From: the human T2T-CHM13v2.0 reference genome, Homo sapiens
Strand: one strand, 5' to 3'
Length of the DNA stretch: 64,000 nucleotides
Assembly (NCBI RefSeq): GCF_009914755.1
Contig: NC_060931.1
A program made the translations under genes and the position numbers. Of the stretch, positions 28,244-40,839 are shown piece after piece. Numbering within the stretch: the first letter of the stretch is position 1; every line of letters begins with the position of its first letter. Under the pieces are notes generated by a model. It worked only from the letters and a program-made list of their open reading frames with translations. It made no database searches and was not told the origin of the DNA.

Positions 28244-30249
28244 CTGAAAGTTGTTTTTTTAAGGCTAACGTGTTTATCTGGGAGAAGTCCATTGGTAGGA
28301 GGGGAGAAGACCCAAATGAAAGTTGCATCTGTTTGCTGCTTTTTCCCTGAGGTCTTTTTCTTAACTCTCTTCCTCTCAGAGAGGATCATCTCTTCAGATA
28401 AACAGGCTCCAGGGAACCTAGGAGACCAGGGGAGGATGGGGGAGGTAAGAGCTAAGTTACCAGTTTCTGGCTTGCTTTAGGGGGTCACCCTGTATGACCC
28501 TCCAGGGTGGTCTCCCACTCATTCTTCCTACCTTCCTGCCTCCACTTGAATACTTTCCCCCTGTTCCTCTCTTTCTGGCTCTGGAGAGCTAGCCTTACGA
28601 GCCAGTAGAGGGCTTTGGAAGGACACTTGCAGGGTGTGTTTGTGTGATGCACAGGAAGTGTGAGTGGAGATATTTTAATTTGTGCACAGGTGTGTAGCTT
28701 GGAGCGACATTGGCTCCCTCTGGTTCAGTTCTGATGAAACAGAGCAGTGGGTTTGTGCTGAAATGTGTCTGCAGTTTCAGTAAGAGAAAGAATGGGTTCA
28801 GGGCTGGTGATCATTCAGTGATACTGTGTCATTTGTATAGGTCCTTCCCTGTGGTTCTGAAGAATAAATTAGTATCTTGGTCATTTGAAAAAGTAATTTT
28901 AGCTTGTAGACTTCCTGTCACACTTGAGTAGCTTTTGGAAAGTATAATATTTTTACCCAAATCCCATTAAATGTTAGGCGCTCTTTCTATATGCCCTTTA
29001 CTGTCCTTTTACTGATTAGTGAAATATTTATGTGAACCCAGAAGGCTGATTTATTTATTTTATTGTCTTTTTTAATAACTTGCTTCTCCCTAGTGCTGGG
29101 TGCTTTCTGAGGCCCAGACAACCATCATGATTTCTTTGGTGATAATCTTCTGCCCTCCCCTGGCCTGCATCCTCAAGGATTACTTGGAGCTTTCTTAGCT
29201 TTAATGAAGCCTCTAGCTGTTCTGTCCCCTGGGTGGGTGGTAATAAATCCAACCAAAATGCCCACCAGGGGAGAGTGTAACTCATTTTAGGGCATATGGT
29301 GCATTAGTAGCTAAGACTCAGCATCCTGACTCCTGATTCCCAGGGACAGCCATGGAAGAGATGTAGAAGTAAAATGCCACATTCCAAGTTGGACTTGGTC
29401 CTCTTGCCCTGGAAGCCTATTTCTTGTCCTAGGTCTGAGGGTTTAGTACATGGTTAAATTGCTGGCCAAGGTGCTTCAGACATTCTTTAGCACCTGCCTC
29501 TGTCTGGACAAGGAATCAGGCAGGGGCTGATGAGAGTGGTCTCTGATATGTGGTCTCTGGAAATTCTTTTGGCCCAAGTCTTAAAGTCATGGTGGTAAAA
29601 GGTTGACTAGAAGAGAGCCTCTGAGTGGAGAGACATCCTATGCACAATGCTTGTTCTCTTCTCCCCTTTCTTATTGCCAGCATAAACAGTTGCACTTCTG
29701 GCTGGCAGATTCGCCCTTGCTAAGTCTGTGCTCAGGTTGCTGTCCATGATTAAATTCTCGCTGCCTGCAAGCACAGATTCTAGGTGTTGTTTTAAGGTTC
29801 AGGGCAAAACAGTTTTCTGTAACCTCTCCTGCTGTAAGGGTAACTGGCTATATTTGTTTGTAATGGACACATGTCTGGCTGTGTGTGTGTTTGTGTGGAC
29901 TACCTTTCTTTTATTCATTAGGCATCTATTGAATGGATAAGGTTTGTAAAAAAGCCATTTTCTTTAGCAAGTAGCTTGGGTATTTTTTTAAGCGTTTATT
30001 TTTCATGTGTTGATTTGGAATAAAAAGCACACACAACTTGGAATGAAATAAAAGACTAATGAGAAACAAAGCCATGAACTCATCAGTGTCTCAACTCCAC
30101 AAAATTAGAGTCCCCAAAGAATCACAGCAACTCATCTGTGTATCAAGCAGCAGAACCGATTATTGCCTGCTTTGGGTCTGACTCTGTAGCAACATGGCTC
30201 AATCAGCAGAATAATGCAGAGGAAAAATGTTAAGAATAGATGCTTTTAA

Positions 30250-30433
30250 TGCAGCTCTCAACCCCAGTCTGCACATCAGAAATCACCCAGGTAGCTCTTA
30301 ATTAGTGTACATGCCCCAGGTCTACTGAATCAGAATTTCCAAGGGGGTGGGGGGTGGTCTAGTAGCTTTTCTTCCCTCCACCTTCCAAAGCTCCTCAGAT
30401 GCTTCTGATGTGCAGCTAGGATTGAGAACCACT
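30250..30433. mobile_element. MER5A-like
   Basis: ctgcacatcagaaatcacc...ctactgaatcagaat...ttgagaaccact. Confidence 0.75.
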
Positions 30434-31079
30434 TTTTAGTGTGTCCTGGGTGTCTGTGGTAGAAGTGGAAATCTGGTGAGATTGATTCTGGATGGGAGTC
30501 TTAAGCTTGAAAGTGATGACATCAAAACCAAATCAAATCTTATAGATGCAGATGTTGTTTAGCCTGCTTTAAGACTTATATAAAGTAATCATATTCTTTT
30601 ACACTTTGGAGAATTTTTACTTATTCCATAATAAAGATGTCATAGCCACTCATTTCTTTAACGATGAGTTTAAATATTTCCCATCTGGAAAGCTCTTTCC
30701 TTGAAAAGGTTTATTACTTCTCTGTCTCCTCTGGAAGTAGGGAGAGAAAACCATTAACATAATAATAGTGTCTGACTTCTCTTCTCTGTCCTATAGTTTG
30801 TGCCAGTAGTTACCTTAAGAGCCATAATGTGGCCTGATTTATGAAACTTACCTGGGAAACTTTTATTCTCCCGTAAGAATACCTGTAACATAATCAGGAT
30901 ACTTAGGTGGGTAAATTTCATTCCAGGCTTGATTTGCCTTATATATAATTAACTTTCTCAAGAAGTAAAATCTAAAATGACTCTTAAATATTGAATGTGA
31001 TTTTATAAGATGGCTCCTTGAAATGCCCTTTTCCCCCTTTGTCCTTTACCTGTTTGTTTTTTGTTTGTGTACTTGTTCT

Positions 31080-31235
31080 TTTACCTTAAAATCGCCTGGG
31101 GGAACTTGAGAACAAAATAAAACAACCACTGCCCAGGCCTCAACTAAAATAATTAAAGCAAATCTCTGGGAGTGGAGTGCAGGCCTTGTTGTACCGCAGG
31201 TGACTCTAATTCTGAAAGAGGCTTGCAAGCCCCTG
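31080..31235. mobile_element. MER5A1-like
   Basis: aatcgcctggggg...tgcccaggcc...caggtgactctaat. Confidence 0.55.
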
Positions 31236-34200
31236 TGTTGACTGTTGCTTGGTGAGGTGCTTCTCTACTAGCCCTTTCTCCTCCTTCCTCACTCTTTGCT
31301 AACATTGCCTTCCGTTGTGTACCTGTTATGGCCCTTAGGAGACCTAATCATTTCACTTCTGCAGGTGACTTTAAAAGGCCCACTTGTTAGAATGGAACAC
31401 AGTAGATTCCTCTATTTGAACTTTGCTTTTAATAAATGATGACACTATATGCTTATTTAGTGTTCTTTTGGGGTAGCTCAGATCTCCTTAAAAGTCTTAT
31501 TGTTAATCCCCTCAGTGTTTCCCGAGAGTGAGGTAAGGGTTTCCTTGTTATTAAATCTAATACCCTGAAATTGCTGGGCTCTGTTACATTGTTCTCAATT
31601 GTTCTCAACTTGAATGCTGTCCCTATCAGGTTGGACAGTTTCCCAGAATGCCTTTCTGGTAACCGAGCATTAAGATTTACAATCTAGCTTTTCTTAGCCA
31701 GAAGGTAAGTCTTGCAGGGACTTCAGAAAGGTGTTCTTTCTAATCCTTAGTGAAGAGATCTACTTCATGGGCAGCTGGTGGCTGGGCCTAGGTATTCTTA
31801 GAAGAAGGATGTTGTAATGTTAGCATTAGTGTGAAAGTCTGCATGAACACTGGGCTGATCCAAGCCAGAACTGATAAGTCGAGAGGACAACTTGTGCCAC
31901 CAAGATGTGTCTCTGGCTGATGTTTAAATTGCATCAAATTAAAGGGTATTTCTCATTTTCCATTGTGGTGTCACCAAAGGGCAGAATTAGTGTCATTTTC
32001 AGTAGCTTTGAGCCTCTGCAACTGTCACTCTCCCTGAGGGTCACTAGAGATAGTAACTCACATTCTGAAGAGGCCGGAAACCTCCCTGTTGGATGACTTC
32101 TTTGGAGAATTATTATTCCAGATCCACTGAACCCTACTCACCTTCGTTTTTCCTGCAATACTTTTTTTTTTCCTTTTTAAAAATCTAGAGTAGGAAAAAC
32201 TTCCTATTAATGCCTGTCTGTCATACTAATAGGGTAGAAGATATGGGCGGGTGGGTAGTGGGATGGCGGCAAGTACCATGTACCTTTTCTTGTGTGAAAG
32301 TGCTCCACAAAGAATGGCCCATGGGAATGTTTTAACTGTGTAGTCATTTTCTAAAAGTTTAGTTCATCGGGTGGTTTCTTCGTCTTTCTTTCCTCTGAGT
32401 GTTGTGTTAGGCATGAGGAGGGGCACAAAGGTATGCAAGATGAAGCCCCTACTGTGTGGTGGTGGGAATAACTCAAGCACATGCTAATCAAGGCAGCTTA
32501 TGATAAGATGCAAGAGGGACACACCCCAAGTGGTGTGGGCATTCAAAGGAGAAAGAAATCCCCTTTGACTTGTTCTTTACCACTTGGATTCTAGTGGTGT
32601 TCCTGGTTTATCTGTTGTGAGGTAGAAACCAAAGTACAGGGCATGCAGAGACTGTTTATCACTGGGCACAGTTATGGAGGTAACTAACATGTTAACCCCC
32701 CACCCCCATTTTATTCTTGCTTCAGGAATTTTTGTCTCTGTTTTCTCCTTGTAAACTCTTTTGCCATCCCCATTGTTGTAGAAGCCAATCTCCTACCCAG
32801 ACAAACAAACTTAACTTTTTTGGTGGAAATTGATGGTGAGCCTGTTACAAGGGATGGAACTAAATTGTAAGAGTGTCCAAATCCCACAAACCTGCCAGGT
32901 GTTGGTCATTAGGTACATGTTTGAATGTTTTCAATTTGAAGAGATTCCTCTACAGTCTGTGGGAACCTCGGTGTGCAAGGTGTTTTCCCTTGAAGCTTTC
33001 TTTGCCTCTTACCTAGACATTTTGTGAAGGCTTCTCCTCAGGCAGCCCTTGTCATTTTGCTGAATGTCAGCAAACATTTACTGTCACTGCTCTGATGTCA
33101 GGGAGGAAGGTGATGCTTTTACTTTCTAGCAAAATAGCCCCCAACGTTTTGGTAGCACTACATTTAAAGGTCACCACCCTCTCTCTCCTTCTCTTCCCTC
33201 CTCTGTCCTCATTGTCATCTTTATAACCTGTCCCTTCTGAAAGTTGTTTTTGAAAAAGCATTGAAGCTGTGTTTTAAAGTGATTGGATTCAGTAAGTCTG
33301 AAGGTGCTAGTGTTGATGGTGAACTTGAGATGGTCACCTTATTCCTTAGGAGGAAGTTCATGGTTTCTGGCTCTTGGAAGAAAGTGGTTGTGTGTATGTA
33401 TGCGTGTGTTATAAGGGGAATGTTTTTGGCTTAAACTATGTACGCCTATCAGGCTTGGGTTATTTCACAGTTTGAGCATATTGTAATTCTGAGTATTTTT
33501 CCTGTTGAAATTGGCCAAGGCAATCATGGCTATGGTAGAAGTCTTATCTGCTGGTGACATCACATTCTGCTTCCCAGGCCTTCCACCTGTATTTTATCGA
33601 TGGGCATGTAAACTACACATAGATACAAATATTTTTCAAATGTGTAATGATGCTAGTTCTAATGAAGAACCTAGAGTTGCTGTAAAAATCTCTTTTAAAT
33701 TGTTTGTATGTGATTTTTAATGATAGTAGATTATAATATATCTTTCATGATGATGATTAAGTTGTAAGTTTAGTCAAACATCTGTTTATTTAGCAAAGCG
33801 ATCATGAATATTCCCTTTGCAATTAACACTGATTTAGGGAAGATCTATATTTATAATTAATAGATATTGAAGGTGTGCTAAATATATTTAGGCTCCTGGT
33901 TTTTAATTTTTTTCCCCCCCGTTTCTTCCATGTTCTTTTCATTCAATTTGCCGTTTTTGGGTCGGCTTAGAGACCACCCAGATGACCTGCTTATGTATAC
34001 TTCCCTTTGTGTATATATACTGTGACTGTTTTATTTTAAAAAGCAGGGTACTTTATAATGAAACATTTACTCGCTAGGTACGTCACAGTTTTTATTCTTG
34101 TATCCATACAACACCAAGGTTGAAGTTGTTGCATGTACAGTGGGTGGAAGTAAATGCTGTTGCCTGATTGGGCACTTATTTCTGTGTTTCTTGGCCTATT

Positions 34201-34758
34201 CTGTATAAGAGACATTTTGAACTGGGCTGTCATTACATGATGATATGCTCATTTCTTCTTAGCTGCCCTATGCTTTTTCTCAAAGGAATCACCTATGTAT
34301 GATCATATTTTCCCTTTTTTGTGTTCAAAAAGATAATGTACTTGCTAAAGTCCCTTGTCAGATGATAACCTTTAATCTTGGTCCTTTTGCCCTAAATGCA
34401 GAAATACAGGTGCAAAAAGGGAAATGATTTTGGAGGAGTGCAAATAGAGGGAAGGAAGAGTTTAGAGATACAACAAATACTCCTGTTTGTAAAGACACAC
34501 CCACAACTCCCCTGAATGTTTAGATTGCTGCTTGGAGCAAACTCTGAGATGAACACGACTGCAACTGATTATTCTAAGTATTGTCTAACTTGCATCTTGC
34601 AAATTACATAATGCCTGAGCAAGGTTTCCCTTTTAAAACTTCTGTTACATTCATAAACTGATAGGAAGTTTAATTCCAAGAACCTTAAACTATAAAAATA
34701 ATACCCTGAATTCTATAAACATCCTTGGTAAGTAGAAAGATACTCATGGGAAGAGATA

Positions 34759-35074
34759 CAGTTATGCATTGCCCAACGATGGGGATACGTTCTTGAGAAG
34801 TGGGTCATTAGGTGATTTTGACGCACAAGTGTCATAGTGCATACTCACACAAACCTAGGTAGTATGGCTTACTACACACCTAGGCAATATGGTATAGCCT
34901 GTTGCTCCAGGCTGTAAACCTGTACAGCATGTTGCAGTGCTGAATACTGTAGGCAGTTGTAACACAGTGGTATTTGTGTATCTAAACATAGAAAAGGTAC
35001 AGTAAATTTTATGGGACCACCGTTGTATAAGTGGTTCATTATTGACTGAAATGTCATTATGTGACGCATGACTA
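34759..35074. mobile_element. Tigger3a (MER7A/Golem MITE)
   Basis: ta|cagttatgcattg...ctacacacctagg...gtcattatgtgacgcatgact. Confidence 0.88.
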
Positions 35075-38000
35075 CTCAACTGTGTGACAACTGGGAAAAG
35101 GATGGAAACAAGGGACTTGATTCAGATTTTTTTGTTTGTTTGTTTTGTAAACAGCTTTAAGAATCTTGCTGTTTTTTATTTTCAGAATTCTACTGCTTGG
35201 GTTACCAGAATCTTCCCTGATTAAAATGCCTACCATAGCATGCCATCAGTGACTAATGATGATAGCGAGACACCTTGTTAGCACCAGGGGAAAGTGAGAT
35301 CAGATTAGGTGCATATGACTTTGTGTGAGGTTATGACTGGTACAAGCTTCCTGCTCTTTTGCTAAGGGCTACCACAAAGTTACTTAAAAGTGATTTTATT
35401 TTCTTTTCATCACTGAGTGGCTTGATCATAGACTTAGTAAGTTTGTGAACCCCTTCCCCTGAACTTCCAAAACCTTGTGTAGTCTGATTGAATACTGACT
35501 ATAAACAATAGTCCTGGGTGGCCTGGGCCATTTAAGGGTGTGTATCGTTGAGGTGTAGCGATCATGCCAAGGCATCTCCAACAGAGGCCCTAACTTCAGC
35601 TGCCCTCTGCCTGGTTGCTTACACTGCTTATTGTGAGTTTAGAAACCTTTGAATCCATTTTGGGGTAGTCAGCTCCTTTATCTGCTGAGGAAGCTGTGAC
35701 CTGTGTGTGTCACAGTTCAGATTTTTGACAACACAGAACACTGTCACAGGACACACACAGATGTGACTTGTGTGTGTCAGTGTTGTGTGTTGCCTATAAG
35801 CACCTGTAGGGAAACGGTAGGGAGTACCTGAAGGGAATGGTCATCTTAGAACTCCTTTTTTACTTTATTTCATAGCATAGTCTCTGCCTGCCAGTATGAT
35901 ACATTGTAATTTTAGAAGTTCTTTTAAAAAATAGATAGCTTTGACTGTAATCATTATCTTATAGCAACAGGCAGAGGTCTTAATTCTCTTACAGAAGCAA
36001 GCTTGAAGATTTCATTCTGCTTTCTTGCCCGCTACACCAGCATTTTCAACCCTAGCTCATGTGTCCTTACATTCATTTCCATAACAACTGTTGTTGAGCC
36101 TCAAACTCCAGGGATTATGATTTGAGGTGGGAGTGAATAGCAGGAACCAATGAATGCTTAAATGAGAAATCTTTTAGTAATGTCACAGACTCATCAGAGG
36201 AGGGCATTAGAGAAGGAAAGGAAGAATGGAAACGCCACAGGCATCCTGCTGGTACGGTGAAAATGTCCCTCTTTTCCAATTTTCTGTGCCTTATTTCATT
36301 GGGAGATATTTTGATTGGCTTTATGTGGGCGGCCTTTTCTTACTAATTCCTTCTTCCTATGAACATTCATCTTTTGAGTATGGTGGTGTCTTAGGCTAGA
36401 AAACTGATGTCTGGCCTTTGTAGGTATAAATACCTATTTATACCTGGCTTATGTGATGCCTAGTCTCTGGTCCCCTTCAGTCCATAGCACTGACTGGCCA
36501 CTTTGAGCATATGGTAGTGAGCTGCAGATATGACTAAGTAAGGCTGCTAGCATTCAGTCTTAGCCATTTAAGTAGTCAGCATATGCTAGTAATGTTTGTA
36601 TTCAGTATAACTTGGAGGCAAGGTGTTTTTTACTAGCACATTTTGGTTTTCTCGTTGTTGTTATTGTTATTAATTTTTTAAAAAGCTTACATTGGGGATA
36701 ATTGAGAATAAATGCCTTTGCATTCAGCATGCATGAGATGTTTTGCTTGTGTATAGGGAGGTTGTTGCTTGGGTGGAAGAGTTAGAATTTGTATGTAGAA
36801 ATGAAGGAAAAATGTGATTTGCAGGGCTACTTTCCAGGTCGACCAAGTTCTTCAAAGTGACAAACATCTCTGTTCCTTTGAAAATTATAGAGACGCTGGT
36901 GTGCCCTATCATTAAATGAATTGTCAAAGGCCCTGGATCCTATGGTTTGGATATAAATAGCACATGTGGCTGTGGAAAGGACTCTGTTGAGTGTGGGATT
37001 GCCTATGCAATTCCTGCCCTTGTCTCTCTGAGGAATCATGGACTTGAAGTACTTTCTGCTTCTGCTTTATATTGTTTTTATTCAAGGTTCAGATGGTATT
37101 GCAAGGAATTGGCATTGGGTATTGAAGGACCTTTCTGTGAGGATGAGTTCTCTGGATAAGAATGATTTTTCTAGCTACAGTCTTGAAGGAAAATTGGAGT
37201 CAGATAATCCAAAAACTTCATGTCCAGCCTGGAAGATCCTTTAGAAAAAATTGTTTTTTTCTACTGACAGGAGTTATCAGCACCTGGTTGTGACATATTT
37301 GACAAGACTGAACATCAGTGCTTTAAGGAAATGACTCTTGCATGTATAGGCCCACAGCATGGTATTTTCTTAAAGAATTAATTTTTCAGGACATGCCACT
37401 ATAATAATTTTTAGCAGTGCTTTAGCTAAAGGTGACTTTTGCCTTTCCATTGTCAATGTCACCATGTCGTATTGTCACTTACTTGGGTTTTCTCTCCCTC
37501 CTTTGCTTTTTATTTGTCTAGTGTAGGGACAGACTATAGAAGACAACAAGGGAGAACAGGGTTTCTTGATCCTTGTAGGATTAGTATGTTTGTGTATGAT
37601 GATGGCTCAAATGTAGTCAATGTTCCCCCTTCCCACCCCTTTTACTCCATGTATGTGTTATTGCTTTGGATCAAGAACATCTTGGTTTGTTTCTGTCTTT
37701 CTTTTATGTTTGGTTACCAACTGGCCAAGTCAGTGTTCACCTTGTTTCTGGCCCAGTGGAAACACAAACTTGCATGAAAATAGGATATTGAAGTGAGAAT
37801 CTAACACTCACGGGAATCATTCCATGTTGTCTCCACTGTGCCTGTGATTCTTTGTTTTGCTTGCCTGGCCTTGTCTCCTGTATCTTCCTCTTGACAGCTT
37901 GTTTCCTGCCTTTTGATTCCACACAAACGGTGATACCATAGTATGCTTACCCAGACTGGGTCTTTCACTTTTTCCTAGGATGCTTGTGTACAAGGTACTG

Positions 38001-38219
38001 TCCTTTCAGAACACGCTCATCCCCCTTTGGGTTCTGGATCGGAATCAGATTAATCAGGTGTATGCTGGTAGTTGTGTGTCTGAATTGGTAGTCATGAAGT
38101 CTGATTGTCTGGATCGGAATTGCATCATTAATCTGATGTAATTTTAAAATCAAGATACCCTAATAGTATGAGTGAGAATTGGACTAAGTATCTGGTGAGA
38201 GTAGGAAAGAGATGAAATA

Positions 38220-39480
38220 TTTCTTCTTCCCCTAAAGGAATTTATAACCTAACTGAGCAATAAGCTTAAACACACAAAATGTTTTTAAAAGTAAGAAGAA
38301 AATACGCATTAGAAATCATATTCCTACTTCAGTAGAAAGTGAACAAAACTACATGAATTGGTCTGTTAGAAACTGCTGTAATTGTTAAGAGGCAGGAGAA
38401 AGTGTTTCAGGATGGGGTGGAACAGGGTGGTTTAGTAGAAGAAATGACATTCAAGCAGGTCTTGAAGGGTAGCTGAATGGAAGGTGCAGGCCTATGTGGG
38501 TGCTGGAAGTAAACAGTTTTTTTGGACTAGTAGCCTCCAAACCTTGAGTATAGACTCACAGAGAAGCTTTAAAGAAACAACACCCAAAACCAAGAAATAG
38601 CAACAGTAACAAAACAGATTCCTGCTGTGCACCCCCCATGAAGTCAGAATTATCTGTGTAGGAGGGGGATATGCAGACATGGATATGTTAATGTATTTTT
38701 TTCTTTCGTTTTTTTTTTTTTTTTTTTTGAGACAGGGTCTCACTCTGTCACCCAGGTAGTGCAATCATGGCTCACTGCAGCCTTGAACTCCCAGGCCCAG
38801 GTGATCTTTCTGCGTCAGCCTCCCAACTAGCTGGGATTATAGGCATGAGCCACCAAGCCCAGCAATTTTTTGTAGAGATGGGGTCTCACCATGTTGCCCA
38901 GGCTGGTCTTGAACTCCTGGGCTCAAGTGATCCCCAAAGTGGGATATATTTCTAAAAGCTTTCCTGATTCAGATATACTTCTAGCCTTACGAAGATAGGC
39001 CTGGAAGGTAACTTGGATCCCAAATGAAACAGTCTTGAAAGCTATCTATCCTAAGGGTGTAGCTTTGGCTTCCTTCTGTGGGCTGTCATTGAAGGCTCTT
39101 GAGCAGGGATTTGATGTGATTACAGTGTTATGTTAGGAATATTTATCTGTGGTGAAGAGGCTGTTGGTGGTATTAATAATGAGGTGTGGAGAGGCTTAAT
39201 TAGACAGTGTACATGGAAAGGAAGGAAAAGATACAAGAACGTTCACACCGGGAAGAGTCAACAAGGTTTGTGGATTGCTGAAATTTGGAATGGGATGGTT
39301 AAGTTGTAGATTAGTGGATGTAGATTTATCAATAGAGATTTAAAGTTTTAATCCAGGAGGACAGGAATTAAGTTAATAAAAATTGGTGGAACTGGTTTAA
39401 GAGACTCTGGGAAACCACAAGAAGTTCAGCTTCAAACATGTAGAGTGGTAGGTGTAGCCTCCAGTTGGGAACCTTCAGAT
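38220..39480 (-). mobile_element. Fragmented L2 interrupted by an Alu
   Basis: gaagaaatgacattcaagcaggtcttgaagg; cattgaaggctcttgagcaggga; gttcagcttcaaacatg. Confidence 0.55.
38709..38940 (-). mobile_element. AluJ with internal deletions
   Basis: Poly-T, then gagacagggtctcactctgtcacccagg...ctcctgggctcaagtgatcc. Confidence 0.9.
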
Positions 39481-39490
39481 GAGAAGTTGA

Positions 39491-39806
<316 letters not shown>

Positions 39807-40038
39807 TTAACCTAAACAAAGTTTTGTACGGCAACAGCAATTTTGATTTGGTTATGTAAAGATTCATTGTTCATCCAGTAACGGGTTACACAGACTGCAG
39901 ATAGGTCATAGCGTAAGTATTGAGAAGGGCTGAAGGTTGATTTGGAGGATCTGTAGGTCTTCCCTATGCTGGTTCTTATGAGTGGAAAGTTTCAGAGCTG
40001 GACCACTGGTTGGAATGCTGAGGAAGATTAAGGTAATG

Positions 40039-40540
40039 TAGGTCCACAGTCTCTTTTCACAAATCCTTAGGGATTGAATTCAGAAGTTTATGAATTTTAG
40101 AAAGGTTATATGGTACGTGTGTGGTATGTTAATTACATACTACCCTCAGTGGGGTTGTGGGTAGGAACCCCATAATTAAACACATTAAAATTTATTCAAT
40201 GAAACATATGAATACAGGTTGAGTATTCCTTATCTGAAATGCTTGGGACCAGAAGTGTTTTGGATTTTTTTGGATTTTTGAATATTTGCATTATATTTCC
40301 TGGTTCAGCATCCCTAATCCAAAAATCTGAAATGTTTAAATGAACATTTCCTTCGTGTGTCATGTCGATGCCCAAACGTTTCAGATTTTGGATCATTTTA
40401 GGTTATGGATTTTTGGATTAAGGATATTCAACTCGTATTTACACCAACTAGGATAAGGGCTTTAAAGTAACCTCACATCTGTTTTGCAGCAAATAATTTC
40501 AGCTTAGGTTAAGTTTTACCACTAAATGTATTATAAAAAA
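40039..40540. mobile_element. MER46C interrupted by Tigger4a
   Basis: aggtccacagtc...ttttagaaagg...aaacacatt...gaaacatatgaata | insert | tttacacc...aacctcacatc. Confidence 0.75.
40215..40435. mobile_element. Tigger4a/MER46A
   Basis: TIRs caggttgagtattcctta / taaggatattcaactcg with TA duplication. Confidence 0.9.
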
Positions 40541-40811
40541 TCATAAGGATGAGTTTATACTAGTCTGTTTGGACTAGTGTAAAATAAATGTTTCGCACAT
40601 TCTTCCCTTCCATTTAACCTAGTCTTCACTCTGGGATGCATGTAATGATAACCTGTATCTTGTCTGTTTTGGTGGTAGAATTTTTTTGGTTTCCTGATGG
40701 CTCTGAAGAGGTAGAATATACTTTATTGATGTTACTGAAGCAGATCTAGAAAATTAGTGTAAGCAAACAGCTCTGTTTTAAGTGTTGTTGGTGTTTTGTT
40801 TCCATGGTAGG

Positions 40812-40839
40812 GTGTGTGTGTGTGTGTGTGCGCGCGTGC
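40812..40839. repeat. (GT)9(GC)3 alternating purine-pyrimidine tract
   Basis: gtgtgtgtgtgtgtgtgtgcgcgcgtgc, 28 nt. Confidence 0.95.

Noticed and set aside
40554-40583. Short hairpin tttatactagtc...gactagtgtaaa
   Set aside because: A 13-bp imperfect stem is near chance level in 64 kb of AT-rich DNA.
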